Shown here one piece after another: positions 16,979-27,353 of a stretch of 60,847 nucleotides of DNA. The notes beneath the pieces were generated by a model, which was given only the letters and a program-made list of their open reading frames with translations, was not told where the DNA came from and searched no databases. Both the position numbers and the translations under genes were made by a program. Every line of letters starts with the position of its first letter. Position 1 is the first letter of the stretch. Origin of the DNA: a virus (lineage: Duplodnaviria; Caudoviricetes); IMG/VR virus record IMGVR_UViG_3300034137_000025, positions 1 to 60,847 of that record; one strand, given 5' to 3'.

Positions 16979-17728
16979 TCAGCCCCTCGCGATCAGTGAG
17001 ACAGCTGGGAAGCCGCCGTGGCTTAGCTCGTTTCCTTCACCAAACCGGCACTCGCACCCTGTTTTGAGCAACGCGTTGCACTGATCCTTTTCAGGGTCAT
17101 CCGTTGGTTGCCCTTCCATGTCGAAATAGGGGCCTGTGTATTGGCAGTTCGGGCCCCTGTAGCCGCCCGTCAATGCCCAGTGACACAGCGTGGTCATCTG
17201 CCGGCCGATGGATTCGCCGCCAACGTCGCCCGGGCTGGCCAGCTCCCACGAAACGGTCTCGCCGTCTTCGTTGGTCTTCTGGTCCAGATACCAGACCTCA
17301 ATGGATTCCTGGGTCGGGTCCGCCTCAGGGTTACCGTCAGGGAAGTTCGCGGCATCCAGGTACCGACCAAGCGTGTGCCGCATTGTGAGCTTGAAATCGA
17401 GTAGATCCTCAAAAGCGAGGCAAAGCGCAGTGATTCTGCCGCTCACGTTCCCCACTGAGAGGGTTGGCCGCACTGCTGTACCGTCGCCGTTGGCTTCAAT
17501 GCCGTCAATTTGCATCGGCCAGGCGCCGTACTCGAAACCTTGCCACCAAATAGATTTAGCCGGGAGCTGATCTGCAGCTTCCCCAGCATTCAATATTTCC
17601 TCCAGCGTGTGCGGTATGGCGTGTCCATGGAAGCGCAGAACGTCCGCACCGTACTCCGAACCATCTAGCTCAAAAAGCAGCGCCTCGCTTCCAGGATCGA
17701 GCGCCTGGATGTCACTAATCAGCGGCAT
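16979..17728 (-). CDS. Minor tail protein L
   Basis: RPTLSVGN, YRGPNCQY, C-terminal Cys cluster, GGFP. Confidence 0.93.
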   Translation of the reverse strand: MPLISDIQALDPGSEALLFELDGSEYGADVLRFHGHAIPHTLEEILNAGEAADQLPAKSIWWQGFEYGAWPMQIDGIEANGDGTAVRPTLSVGNVSGRITALCLAFEDLLDFKLTMRHTLGRYLDAANFPDGNPEADPTQESIEVWYLDQKTNEDGETVSWELASPGDVGGESIGRQMTTLCHWALTGGYRGPNCQYTGPYFDMEGQPTDDPEKDQCNALLKTGCECRFGEGNELSHGGFPAVSLIARG

Positions 17729-17737
17729 GGTTTCCCC

Positions 17738-18079
17738 TTAGGGCTTGAAGGCTCGGCCGAAAGTGGCCGTGAGTTTGAAAACTCCACCACCAACTGGAGT
17801 GGGGACCGGGTCTTTGCAGGTGAACATTCCGAGCTGACCAAGCGGGGTCTTCCAGAGAAACGCCTTCGCGCCGGCGTGCCGATCCAGGAAGGCCATGATC
17901 TCCATCACTCTGGCCTTTGGCCCGGTATGGGAGATCGGGTAAGAGTCTTCCTTATTGTTCGGGCCGTCTCCTGACTCCTGCTTGTATCCGTCACCAAACT
18001 TGGCGGTCCGAACCCGGTAGGTGATCTCAGGTGAGCTTCCAGTTTCGGTGGGCCAAGTGAATATCTCCATTGCCATCAC
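17738..18079 (-). CDS. Minor tail protein M
   Basis: FGDGYKQ...DGPN and FLDRHAGAKAFLW. Confidence 0.93.
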   Translation of the reverse strand: MMAMEIFTWPTETGSSPEITYRVRTAKFGDGYKQESGDGPNNKEDSYPISHTGPKARVMEIMAFLDRHAGAKAFLWKTPLGQLGMFTCKDPVPTPVGGGVFKLTATFGRAFKP

Positions 18080-21000
18080 GCTCTCCCCCTAGAGTTACGG
18101 AAGCTGACACCGCCGCCGCGCCAAGAGTCGGCGACAGCCTTTTCAGCGGCGGCTTTCATTTGGGTTTGTAGGTTTTGAGTCAGGGCCGCTTGATCCAGCT
18201 GCATCCCCTTTGAGCTTCGATCCTCGGTTACCACGGTGACTGGGGCGCTGATGCTGATCGATGATCCGCCGCCGCTGCTCAGTGCCCTTACTCCCAGCTG
18301 TCCCCCAGCCGTCCGGGCGAGAGGCATGATCGCCTCATCCCCCGCCTCACCCATCACTCCGGTTCTGCCGTTGGCCATGCCGAAGGCAGTCGGAGTGCTC
18401 ACGACGCTATTGGTGAACGCGCCACCGTTGGCAAACATCTGGACACCATCGCGCCAAGCGCCCCCTTTGGCCTGGGGGAAAGCCACGGTTGCCGAGCTCG
18501 CGTCGAATTGACTGGCAAAGTTGCTTGCCCCTGCCTGCGCCCCGCCAGCCGTGGCGGACGCAGTTGCACCGCCAGCCCCTCCTGCGAAGTAGCTCGTTGC
18601 AGCGCCAACCAGCGTGCTCAGCAATGCCGAACTCGCTTGCTGAGATGCAATGCGGGCCATATCGGAAATAATCGACTTCGAGAAGTCCGAGAACTTGAAC
18701 TTCCCTGTGGTCGCGAAGTTTGCGATTGCATCGCCCATCGAGCTGAACGCATTGGTAAACAGGCTTTTCGTCTGCCCAGCCGCGTCCCGAGCTGATTCCA
18801 GGTAGTTCTGCCAGGCTGACGTTGCACCACTGCGCCAATCGCCCTGGGCCACCGACATCTGCTCGTAATTACTGAGCGTCGTGTCCTTGAGGTCTGCCTC
18901 ACTCTGGTTGATAGCCGTCAGCTTGGCGATGTACTCCTCGGCGCTCATGTTGCGCGAGGCGTCCGCCTTGTCGCGCGCAAGATCCAGGCGCTGCTGGTTG
19001 GCCTTGTCCTCGATACCGTTGATTGAGCTGGTAAGCGATGCCTGACGGTCGCCTTGGCCGAGGCCTACAACTGCACGCTGCCCGGCGCGCTGGAGCGCAA
19101 GGTTCTGCTGATCCAGAGCATCGGTGTAGTTGCTGATGGCAAGCTTCTGCTTGGCGAGTCGGCCGGTTTCAGCGGTGGCCAGGACTTCCAGCTGGCTATC
19201 GGCGTCCTGCTGAGCCTTGACCATGCTGGTGCGAGCGTCAGCAATCTTCTGGTCCAGCTGAATTCGCTGGACGGCAGAGGTCGACGTCTTGCCCCGAACC
19301 GCTTCCAGCGCAGCAATCTCGGACTCATACGCCGAGGTTATGTCGCCCTTTTCCTGCTCAACAATTGCAACGCGCTGACTGCTATATGACTCGGCTGTAA
19401 TGAGACCGGCCTTCTGCGCAGCTTCAAGCTCCTTCTGCGCATTTTGGTAGTAGCTGATGATCGACTTCAGCTGGTTCTGCGCTGTGTTGAATGCTGTCAG
19501 ATCAACAGCGCCCGCTGCGGCTGGTTTAGCGTCTTTGTTCTTCTCGGCGATGTTCGAAAGGCCCTGGGCCACGGCCTTAGGACTGACTGCGGGATCGTTG
19601 GCGTTTGCCTTGCGCAGCTTTTCGACATCTGCCAGATATTCTTTCTGAAGCTTGTTGCGCTTCTCCAGCGGAGTGAGGTTCGAATCATTCGCGGCTTTGA
19701 TCCGGCGTGCAGCGCCGATCCCGTCTTCCTGAATCTTGGCCTGCTCACCATCGTACTTCGCTATGTCGGCCTTGGCAGCCTTCTCATCACGCAACATATT
19801 CAGCTTGTTGTCGTAATAATCGATCATCACCTGTTTGTTTTGAAACAGGCCGACGTCCCCGTTTTTAGCGTCATCAAGGTTTTTCTGGGCCTGCTCGATA
19901 TCCGCATCGATGTCAGGGCGCCCGATGTTCTTGAGCGAGTCGGCAGCCTTGGCAACAGCGTTGTAAGCCTTCTCCCAGATGCTCAGGTTTTCAAGAATCT
20001 TCGGCGTCCGGTCATTGATCGCATCAGCGAACTGCTCGGTTGCCAGCTTGACCGCGCCAGCATGATTACCTTGCTCTTCCAGAGCTACGATCTGCGCATA
20101 AACCGAGGCAGTCAGGTAATGGTATTGCTGGTTAAGCGCCTCCGAGGCCTTGACCGGATCGTCAGCGATCTTGACGAACTCAGCGATGGTTTCGCTGATT
20201 GCCTTGCCGGTTGCCTCCTTCATCGAAACTGCGGCTTCAGTGATTTCGAGAAAAGCACTGGACGCAATTTTCCCATTGCCTGCCAGGGCGGCCAGAGCCT
20301 CAGCGGCCGCCCCCGTTGTGCCTACGATTGCACTGACCTGTTTGGCCATCTCGGAGAGTTGAGTAGCGCTTAACCCGGCATAGCTGCCTGTGAGAATCAG
20401 TGACTTATTGAACGCATCGGCTTCCTGAGCGCCCTTGTAGTACGCAACCGAAAGCACGCCGACTACCGCCGCCACGGCCGCGAACGGCGCAATCAAAGCA
20501 GCCAGGCGCAAAGCAGATGTTCCAGCATTCGCGCCAATTTCCAGAAGATTGTGCGCAGCTACTCGAAAGTTTCCCTCCGCCAAAGCATTGCCCAACTGAA
20601 GGACGTTCTCCCGCGCTCCCTTGGAGTTCAACCCGAACTTCGACGTGTCATCGCTCAGCCCCTTGATACGCTGGCGAGCTGCATCAATATCGGCAGAGTA
20701 AGTTTTGAATTCGTCTTCGCCAATGACTCCGCTGTCTCGATGTTTTTTCAGCTCATCGAGTTGATCGTCCAGCTTCTTCAAGGCTGCTTGTGCCGGGCTG
20801 ATTTTTCCTAGCAGCTTCTCCAGCCCTTCGGTCTGGACACCCGTTGCAGCGGCGGCCTGCTTCGTAGCCGCGGCCACTTCGTCCGTCGAGCCGATCAACG
20901 CATCGGACATTGATTGGAGCCGTTTCTGCAAATCGACATAGTTGGCAGTGGACGCACGACCAGCATCCATGGCCGACGTGTTGCTCTTAACGCCGGCAGT

Positions 21001-21270
21001 TAACGATTGGTAATACTGGCTCGCCTCAAGTGAGGCCTTGGCCGTTTCCAATAATCGGGTTTTGGCGTCATCTGTGGCTTGAGCCGCCTTTACCTCGGCG
21101 GCCGCAAGGTCATCGGCAGAAGCGGCGGTCTTTTTGAAGCTGGCCGCCACATCCTCTGCAGCCTTCTCAGCTTTGACCCCGGCCTGGGTAAGTTTGTCGA
21201 GGTCAGTTGCAGCCGTCGCGGCCTGACTGGAATCAACCTCAAGGCCGAGCTGCGCGATGGTTCCCGACAT
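18076..21270 (-). CDS. Tape measure protein (lambda family)
   Basis: 1064-aa Ala-rich helical protein; FANGG and MGEAGDEAIMPL at the C-terminus. Confidence 0.95.
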   Translation of the reverse strand: MSGTIAQLGLEVDSSQAATAATDLDKLTQAGVKAEKAAEDVAASFKKTAASADDLAAAEVKAAQATDDAKTRLLETAKASLEASQYYQSLTAGVKSNTSAMDAGRASTANYVDLQKRLQSMSDALIGSTDEVAAATKQAAAATGVQTEGLEKLLGKISPAQAALKKLDDQLDELKKHRDSGVIGEDEFKTYSADIDAARQRIKGLSDDTSKFGLNSKGARENVLQLGNALAEGNFRVAAHNLLEIGANAGTSALRLAALIAPFAAVAAVVGVLSVAYYKGAQEADAFNKSLILTGSYAGLSATQLSEMAKQVSAIVGTTGAAAEALAALAGNGKIASSAFLEITEAAVSMKEATGKAISETIAEFVKIADDPVKASEALNQQYHYLTASVYAQIVALEEQGNHAGAVKLATEQFADAINDRTPKILENLSIWEKAYNAVAKAADSLKNIGRPDIDADIEQAQKNLDDAKNGDVGLFQNKQVMIDYYDNKLNMLRDEKAAKADIAKYDGEQAKIQEDGIGAARRIKAANDSNLTPLEKRNKLQKEYLADVEKLRKANANDPAVSPKAVAQGLSNIAEKNKDAKPAAAGAVDLTAFNTAQNQLKSIISYYQNAQKELEAAQKAGLITAESYSSQRVAIVEQEKGDITSAYESEIAALEAVRGKTSTSAVQRIQLDQKIADARTSMVKAQQDADSQLEVLATAETGRLAKQKLAISNYTDALDQQNLALQRAGQRAVVGLGQGDRQASLTSSINGIEDKANQQRLDLARDKADASRNMSAEEYIAKLTAINQSEADLKDTTLSNYEQMSVAQGDWRSGATSAWQNYLESARDAAGQTKSLFTNAFSSMGDAIANFATTGKFKFSDFSKSIISDMARIASQQASSALLSTLVGAATSYFAGGAGGATASATAGGAQAGASNFASQFDASSATVAFPQAKGGAWRDGVQMFANGGAFTNSVVSTPTAFGMANGRTGVMGEAGDEAIMPLARTAGGQLGVRALSSGGGSSISISAPVTVVTEDRSSKGMQLDQAALTQNLQTQMKAAAEKAVADSWRGGGVSFRNSRGRA

Positions 21271-21280
21271 GATGACTCCG

Positions 21281-21583
21281 TTATTTCGATTCGCTCATGA
21301 CGAGCAAGGCTTCGGCCTCCATTACGCGAAGGTCTTGGAAAATGCTTTTTCGGGTTTTCTTGGGAATGTCGAGCAGGGACAAGACCGCTGGGAGCGATCC
21401 GTAATCAAGGCCAGTCGGACCAGCCATGCCTACGCGCCACTGAGTACCCATGGCATCCAGCGCGAGGAATGCAGTCCAGTTGTCTGGGAAAACCTCAACC
21501 GTATCGTCGAGGTCGTCCGCAGAAAGTCCGTACAAGGAGAGCTGCTCTGGCGGTGCCGAAGCCCCGTACAGAGCTTGCGACAC
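21281..21583 (-). CDS. Tail chaperone downstream ORF (DUF1799-like, gpT analogue)
   Basis: TQWRVGMAGPTGLDY and LRVMEAEAL; lies in the -1 frame of the upstream chaperone. Confidence 0.8.
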   Translation of the reverse strand: MSQALYGASAPPEQLSLYGLSADDLDDTVEVFPDNWTAFLALDAMGTQWRVGMAGPTGLDYGSLPAVLSLLDIPKKTRKSIFQDLRVMEAEALLVMSESK

Positions 21584-21588
21584 CTCGA

Positions 21589-21978
21589 TCAGTTTCCCAG
21601 TCGTGCCGTTGCAAAAGCCTGCTGATAGGCATCGACAATGGCCTGACCTGCACCTGCAGAGGTTTCAACCAAGGCGCGGATGGACTCAGGGCTCAACTTG
21701 TCTTCGAACCCCCAACCAGATACTAGAGCCTGAACTTGCTCAACCTGGCGCTCGATGTCGGCCTCGGTCACATCGATCAGAGTGAGTTCATCCGCTTTTG
21801 CAGCGAAGGATTCCTGATCTTCTTTGACCTTTGCTTGCCATCCAGCGAACAGCGCAGCCAACTCTTTGCGGTCGCGATACCGGAATTCAAACGGGACCTT
21901 TATCACGGCCCCGCCAACCCGAGGGATATCGACGTCAGCCTTGAACGTCGGGTTTTGGGCGATTTTGAACTTCGCCAT
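21589..21978 (-). CDS. Tail assembly chaperone
   Basis: NPTFKADVDIP...RLGN, between the tail tube and tape measure genes. Confidence 0.88.
   Translation of the reverse strand: MAKFKIAQNPTFKADVDIPRVGGAVIKVPFEFRYRDRKELAALFAGWQAKVKEDQESFAAKADELTLIDVTEADIERQVEQVQALVSGWGFEDKLSPESIRALVETSAGAGQAIVDAYQQAFATARLGN
21592..21598 (-). promoter_or_regulatory. Programmed -1 frameshift site G GGA AAC
   Basis: Lambda-G-like slippery heptamer just before the chaperone stop; the -1 frame reads open (KLIEVSQALYG) into 21281-21583. Confidence 0.75.
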
Positions 21979-21981
21979 GGA

Positions 21982-22638
21982 TTACACCGCCGCCGTAACG
22001 TAGCGAGTCGGCTCAGCCTGCAGCGCGAGGTTGACGGTCCGGGTCAGCAGGTTGTTGCGGGAAACGGCCGGCTGCTTGGAGAACGAGGTGTAGGCGCCGT
22101 ACAGCAACTGGTCGTTGCCGGGGAGTACAAGACGTGCAGCCTGAACCTGCTTGCCGGCATCAGCCTTCAGAAGGATCGAGTTGAACGGCTTGGCAGGATC
22201 ATCCGCGATTGTCAGCGTCATGCTGGTGGCCGATTTGTCGGTTGGGATCTGCCTGCCTTGGTCGTCTTCAAGGAAAACCACGTCTAGGTAATTCTGATCG
22301 CCGCCCGAGAAGGCCAGGTCGCTGATCTGAGGGATCTGCACCCACGTCAGAATTTTCTTCATGCTGCCTACGCCGCCGCCGGCCGGGAAAACGGTCACGT
22401 CGCTGGTGTCGATCGATTCCAGAGTAATCGCGGTTGCAGTTGCAGCTTTCACGCGAACGACCCGGTTATCCAACTTGCTCCAGCCGGAACTGAGCAAGAC
22501 GATATCGCCCGACTCGAGCGCGCCCCCAATGACAGTCGCAACGGCCTCGGTAGCGTTCGAAATAGCGCTGAAGGCCAGCACCGCCTCATAGGTTGCGGCA
22601 TGCTGGAAATAGCCGCCGTTCGGGATTTTGTACGCCAT
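21982..22638 (-). CDS. Major tail tube protein
   Basis: AISNATEAVAT, SGWSKL, QIPTDKS; position in the tail operon. Confidence 0.88.
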   Translation of the reverse strand: MAYKIPNGGYFQHAATYEAVLAFSAISNATEAVATVIGGALESGDIVLLSSGWSKLDNRVVRVKAATATAITLESIDTSDVTVFPAGGGVGSMKKILTWVQIPQISDLAFSGGDQNYLDVVFLEDDQGRQIPTDKSATSMTLTIADDPAKPFNSILLKADAGKQVQAARLVLPGNDQLLYGAYTSFSKQPAVSRNNLLTRTVNLALQAEPTRYVTAAV

Positions 22639-22708
22639 TGGTGTTTCCTCTTCTCAGAAATGACAAAACCCGCTCGATGGCGGGTTTCGGGGTTGCCCAA
22701 TGGGCGAA

Positions 22709-23119
22709 TTATTCTGTGTCGGCTCGATACTGGAACGAGGCCGAAACGGACAGTGTTGTATCAACAGTAATCACAGGGCCCGGCTCAACCGGCGTCAATA
22801 CGATCACCTCGAAGTCGCCCTGTGCCAGGCGCAGATACGCGGGGAACACGTCAGCGAGCTCTTCGACCAAGCCCTCTGCGTCACCGCTGCCGTTGCCGAC
22901 GGGCGTCACTACGTTGATTTGGAACACACCGGTGTACACGCGGTGGTCACCAGCCAATGTGTTGGTGTCCGTGCCGGCAGGCAGTGCAAAGCAGCTCAGG
23001 TACGTCTCGTCGACTTCGGGCACGAACTCAGCGCCTTGGTACGCAACGCGCAGGGCTTTATCGGCGGCCCACGCGGCAAGTCGTTGCTGATAAAGCAGGC
23101 GGATGGTCAGGTGGCTCAT
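22709..23119 (-). CDS. Tail terminator-like protein
   Basis: YTGVFQINVVTP; position. Confidence 0.75.
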   Translation of the reverse strand: MSHLTIRLLYQQRLAAWAADKALRVAYQGAEFVPEVDETYLSCFALPAGTDTNTLAGDHRVYTGVFQINVVTPVGNGSGDAEGLVEELADVFPAYLRLAQGDFEVIVLTPVEPGPVITVDTTLSVSASFQYRADTE

Positions 23120-23772
23120 ATCTGATGGTTCCTGATGGCTTCGAGCACGATCTGTTGGAAGCGCGCGACGGTGATGCGCACCATGCCGCCAGGTGCCTGA
23201 GTCGAATGGCCAAACTCCAGCGGAATCGCGTAAGGCAGCGAATTGGTGATATAGCAGGTGTCGCCAGCACTGAATTCAATGGCGCCGCTGACGATCCGCG
23301 CAGTTGATTTGTTCCCGCTCGGGTCCACTTCATCGGTCGTCGTGCTGTCCGGGCTCCCAATGCTGAACATCCAGTTGCCGCGAAATCGGCCGCCGACGTA
23401 GCCGCTGCCGGAAACCAGACCGTTTACGTTGAAGTTCTGCACCCGTTCGGCTTTGGTCAGAGGCTTTGCATACTTCACGCCGCGCTTGAGTTTTCCGGCC
23501 TTGGTGAAGTTGCTGTCGGTCAGATTGATGACCGTGTTGCGCACCGCGACCTTGAAGTCGTAGTCATCAGCGGCGCGTGTATTCGCTGCGCGGTGAGCGA
23601 CATTTGCTGCCCAAATCTCAGGATTCCCCACCGGTGACATGCGGATGACGCTGGAGCCGAGTTCGATGATGATCTCGCGCATACTGGCATCAATGGCGCC
23701 CTTGGCCTCTTCGGCGAACTTCGCAATGCTGAGCGCGAAACTGCCAGATTGACCTGCGCCTGCCCTGCTCAC
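23116..23772 (-). CDS. HK97 gp10-like neck protein with an internal insertion
   Basis: SPVG...GRFRGNW and PYAIPLEFGHSTQAPGGMVR. Confidence 0.8.
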   Translation of the reverse strand: MSRAGAGQSGSFALSIAKFAEEAKGAIDASMREIIIELGSSVIRMSPVGNPEIWAANVAHRAANTRAADDYDFKVAVRNTVINLTDSNFTKAGKLKRGVKYAKPLTKAERVQNFNVNGLVSGSGYVGGRFRGNWMFSIGSPDSTTTDEVDPSGNKSTARIVSGAIEFSAGDTCYITNSLPYAIPLEFGHSTQAPGGMVRITVARFQQIVLEAIRNHQI

Positions 23773-24137
23773 GACCTCACCTGCAGCTCATACAGCAGTG
23801 GCGTACCGGCAGGGTTGATCTCTTTGAGCGGTGGGATGATTGACCAGGTCTTGTTCTGGACAATGACCTTGCTGAGCAGTGTCGGTGGTGCTGATAGCCC
23901 ACTCGCCGCGATCTTCAGCTTCTTGTCGCCCACCTTGATGAGCGTGTTGGTCTGGAATTCTTGCCCGGTGAAGTCCTGAAGGATTCCTTGGGCGGTCCGC
24001 TCGGTGACTGTGTCCAGGCCGGTCTTGCCCCTGGCAGGGTCGTAGACGCCTTTTACCGTATCGCGAATGGTTACTGGCTGACCAAACTCGGTGATCAGCT
24101 GAAAGGCCATCACGGCCATCTCGTCATAGAAGGCCAT
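23769..24137 (-). CDS. Head-tail joining / head closure protein
   Basis: FGQPVT, YDP, YELQVR; position. Confidence 0.7.
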   Translation of the reverse strand: MAFYDEMAVMAFQLITEFGQPVTIRDTVKGVYDPARGKTGLDTVTERTAQGILQDFTGQEFQTNTLIKVGDKKLKIAASGLSAPPTLLSKVIVQNKTWSIIPPLKEINPAGTPLLYELQVRS

Positions 24138-24184
24138 CAGGACTCCAGATGCAAAAAACCCAGCGCAACGGCTGGGCTTATTGA

Positions 24185-24508
24185 TTAGCTATAGGACAAG
24201 GTAACCGTGCCGAAGCCGCGACTTTTCAACTCTTCCAAAATTTGCTCCAGAGTCGATTCAGACAACGATTCGCCAATATCTTGCTTCTTGGCTTCCGCCT
24301 CGACCTCCTCATCATCGACCTCGAAAAGGACCTTGTTGAGCTCTTGCCAAGTCCCCATTGTCGGCTGCGACTCGCCACGCTCATAGCGGCCAGGCATCAC
24401 TCCCGAAATGCCCGCCTCCTCGGCCAACTGCGTCAGAGTGAGGCCCGCTTCTTTGCGCGCTGACCGAAGTGCAGATGGGAAATTACTGCTTTTTGGGTTG
24501 GGTAGCAT
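24185..24508 (-). CDS. XRE-family HTH moron in the head-tail operon
   Basis: LRSARKEAGLTLTQLAEEAGIS...YERGESQP; AT-rich upstream spacer and own terminator. Confidence 0.8.
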   Translation of the reverse strand: MLPNPKSSNFPSALRSARKEAGLTLTQLAEEAGISGVMPGRYERGESQPTMGTWQELNKVLFEVDDEEVEAEAKKQDIGESLSESTLEQILEELKSRGFGTVTLSYS

Positions 24509-24591
24509 GGCAAAACTCCTGTAGTGAGCCGCCAAAATATACACCTAAAACCAAACGATCAAGATATTTTTATATCATGGCCAGTATTCTT

Positions 24592-25095
24592 TTATACCCT
24601 TACCGCGAACAACCCACGCTTCAGCAGGTAATCAGCAAACTGTGTCGCGCTAGGCCGATCTGGCGCAGCCGGAAGCAGCCGCGAGCTGTTGCTCGGGATT
24701 ACCGCGTATTCCCGAGTGACAGCGCCCTCGACACGATCCAGCGTCACCGCACCTTTACGCTGCTCGACAGGATCGATGTCATCAGCGTGAATCTCGGCGG
24801 CCAGAGCCATCTGACCGTACTGGATGCGCGCCGGAAGATAGTTGTCCGCCTTGATCTCATGATCCAGGTGGACTTCCCGGCGCGGCCAAGCCAACGCCTG
24901 ATCGCTGTCGGTCTTGCGCCCCTTCCAGGTCATACCATCCATCACCAAGGCCGCCCGGCGCAGCAGTGCTTCCTGAGGAGCGACGTCAGCAGGGATGACC
25001 ACGCCGAACTTTACGGCGTATAGGGTCAGGTCTGCAGCGCTGGCGTAGCTTTCGGCGTCAGGCTTACCGGTGCCGTCCTCGATGATGAGTGCCAT
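24592..25095 (-). CDS. Head-tail connector (DnaT-like annotated family)
   Basis: MALIIEDGTG..AESYAS and QALAWPR. Confidence 0.75.
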   Translation of the reverse strand: MALIIEDGTGKPDAESYASAADLTLYAVKFGVVIPADVAPQEALLRRAALVMDGMTWKGRKTDSDQALAWPRREVHLDHEIKADNYLPARIQYGQMALAAEIHADDIDPVEQRKGAVTLDRVEGAVTREYAVIPSNSSRLLPAAPDRPSATQFADYLLKRGLFAVRV

Positions 25096-25098
25096 GGT

Positions 25099-25413
25099 TT
25101 ATTCCGCTGGAATTAGGGCTTGAAGCTCGGGTTTCAGTGCGCCGGCATCATACTCGATACCCTTGCCGGTGAGCCAAGCGCGCAGCTCGTCGACCTTCAT
25201 CTTGTTCGGATCGGTTTCAGGTTCGTCCTTTTCAGGCTTGCCTGCCCATTCCGGCTTTAGCTTGGCCGTCGGCGCCTTCTCGACGGCGCCGTCACGACTG
25301 TCCGTTACGTTGGCGTCGATGATGACCAGCCCGGCCTTCTTGGCCTGCGCCTTCACGTCGCCTTCATAGCGATGGAATGGCCCCGGCAGGTACCAAATGT
25401 TGTCGTCGCTCAT
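25099..25413 (-). CDS. Small head-associated protein with HeH/LEM-like C-terminus
   Basis: MKVDELRAWLTGKGIEY...KPELQAL. Confidence 0.7.
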   Translation of the reverse strand: MSDDNIWYLPGPFHRYEGDVKAQAKKAGLVIIDANVTDSRDGAVEKAPTAKLKPEWAGKPEKDEPETDPNKMKVDELRAWLTGKGIEYDAGALKPELQALIPAE

Positions 25414-25458
25414 GATCAAATCTCCGTTGCGCCGGTATTTCACGGCGCAGTAATGTGG

Positions 25459-26427
25459 TTACTGAGCAGCGTCACCGATCAGAGCAACACCGGCGGTGTC
25501 TTTGATGCTGGTAGCGGTCTTGTCCCAGTTAGTGCCGGTAGCCAGAGCGGGATTGGTTGGAGACTTGCCACCGTTGATGATGTCCCAGGTATAACCCTTG
25601 AGGCCGAGGCCGAAGGTATAATCAACCTGGATTGTCGTCTCAATGCGAGCCTTACCGTTGTCGGTCGATACGTTCGAAATAATGTCGCGGTTGTCGTGCA
25701 CCAGTGCCGCACCAGTCGCCAGCGCCAAGATGATTTCTTTGTCCGGCGTGCCAGCCTGCGCAAGCGCAGGGGCGTCCGTTACGACGGAGATCTTGCCGAG
25801 AATATCGACGACGCGAACGTTACCAGCCAGGAACAGGTTGGCCGGGTTCGCCAGACCTTGGCCGACCAGCTTGTGCCAGGTGCTGCCCTGCATTACCTGA
25901 GTCACAAGGTTCTGACTCGCATCACCGAATTTCGCGTGAGTACTGTTCAGCGCGGACTGGCTGATGCCGGCGGTAGCCGAGACATCGTTGGTAGCTGCGG
26001 CCTGAGCGGTAATAGCCGCAACCAGCGCGGCGATTGCGGTGTTCAACTGATCCTTCAGCAGCACTTCGGCAAACGCACGGCTCGCAACTTCAATGCCCTG
26101 CACAGTCGGACGTTGCAGCCAGGTCATCTGAGACGGCTCGTAGCGCAGCGGGCCGAAACCACCCGCTACCTTCACGGTATTGTTTTGCAGCTCGGTCAGG
26201 TCGACCGGAGTTACTGTGGCGTTCGCGCCGTAGCGATCAACGCGGCGCTGAGCTGCGCCGAGGTTCTGAAAGAACGACTCTTGCAGGAAGTCGCCAGTGA
26301 AGCCGTCCGGGGATAGCACGATGGCGCCATTGCTGGCTTCGTTGAACGCCTGAAGCATTTGATCCAGCGTCTCGAGAGTCGCGGGCATGATGTAATCGTT
26401 AAAAACCTGCATTTGTGCCAGGGACAT
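25459..26427 (-). CDS. Major capsid protein
   Basis: 322 aa, follows the scaffold gene; LGLKGYTWD and SPT..LATGTNW. Confidence 0.88.
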   Translation of the reverse strand: MSLAQMQVFNDYIMPATLETLDQMLQAFNEASNGAIVLSPDGFTGDFLQESFFQNLGAAQRRVDRYGANATVTPVDLTELQNNTVKVAGGFGPLRYEPSQMTWLQRPTVQGIEVASRAFAEVLLKDQLNTAIAALVAAITAQAAATNDVSATAGISQSALNSTHAKFGDASQNLVTQVMQGSTWHKLVGQGLANPANLFLAGNVRVVDILGKISVVTDAPALAQAGTPDKEIILALATGAALVHDNRDIISNVSTDNGKARIETTIQVDYTFGLGLKGYTWDIINGGKSPTNPALATGTNWDKTATSIKDTAGVALIGDAAQ

Positions 26428-26437
26428 AGGTCAATCC

Positions 26438-27145
26438 TTACTTAAGAGGGATGTCAGAGAATCGGGAGGCGATTGCCGCCGTACGCTCTGTCTTGGTGCC
26501 GCCAATGTTGCCTTTTGCGGCCCCGCCGCCATTCCCAGCACCTGCAGCCCCGCCGCCAGATGCCTTGCTGCCTGCGATCAATGGCGCGAACGCCGAATCG
26601 CCTGCGATTTCTGCTTTCAGCTCGTCCAGCGTTGCCGCCGAGAGCTTTCCAAATTGGTCGAGTACGACAACAACAGGCTTCCCATCACGCTGCTCGACGC
26701 TCAACCGGCGTTCGATGTGCGGTAACAGAGCTTTTGCGCTGCCAGGAATTGCCAGGGCAGACGCAATGTCAGTAGCGGTGCGACCAACAGTCAAATCCCG
26801 GATTTGACCGCTCAGGCTGCCGCGCTCCTGTTCAAGCAGGCCGTTCAGTTCAGCTTCGCGGCGATTGAATTTCTCGGACCAGGACTTTTCGATCTCTTCG
26901 ACGTTGCCGGATTTTCGGGCAATTTCTTCGCGATCTCGTTGCGCCTGCTCTTCGGCTTCGCGCTTCAAGCGCTTGGCCTCTTTGGTCTCGTCGAGCAGGG
27001 TCTGAAGCTGCGCCTTGAGTCCTGATACGTCTTCAGCTTCCGGCAGGCCCTCAATGCCGAGAACGAACTTTCCATCCTTCTCGACATACATGGCTTGGGT
27101 GGCTTCGTCGACGCCTTCGAGGGTGTCGAGTGTGAACTTCAGCAT
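26438..27145 (-). CDS. Capsid scaffolding protein
   Basis: Coiled coil with a Gly-rich C-terminal linker; precedes the capsid gene. Confidence 0.75.
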   Translation of the reverse strand: MLKFTLDTLEGVDEATQAMYVEKDGKFVLGIEGLPEAEDVSGLKAQLQTLLDETKEAKRLKREAEEQAQRDREEIARKSGNVEEIEKSWSEKFNRREAELNGLLEQERGSLSGQIRDLTVGRTATDIASALAIPGSAKALLPHIERRLSVEQRDGKPVVVVLDQFGKLSAATLDELKAEIAGDSAFAPLIAGSKASGGGAAGAGNGGGAAKGNIGGTKTERTAAIASRFSDIPLK

Positions 27146-27353
27146 TGTTTGTCTCCCAGAGACGTTGGTGCAGGCCCTGCCCGCCGAGGAAAACCCCGGC
27201 ATGTGCCGGGGCCGTACTGTTTCGCTATCCGTGCCGAATACTTTCTTGCAGATTCTAAATTCGACACGTAGGATGAATAGAGTTTTAATTCACTCCACAC
27301 AAATGCTCTTTACCTGCTGAGAAAAATCCAATATTTATTGAATAGAGATCGAC

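Noticed and set aside
19444-20373. 309-aa + strand ORF (likewise 25372-26316 and 47903-48652)
   Set aside because: Antisense mirrors of the tape measure, capsid and RecT genes
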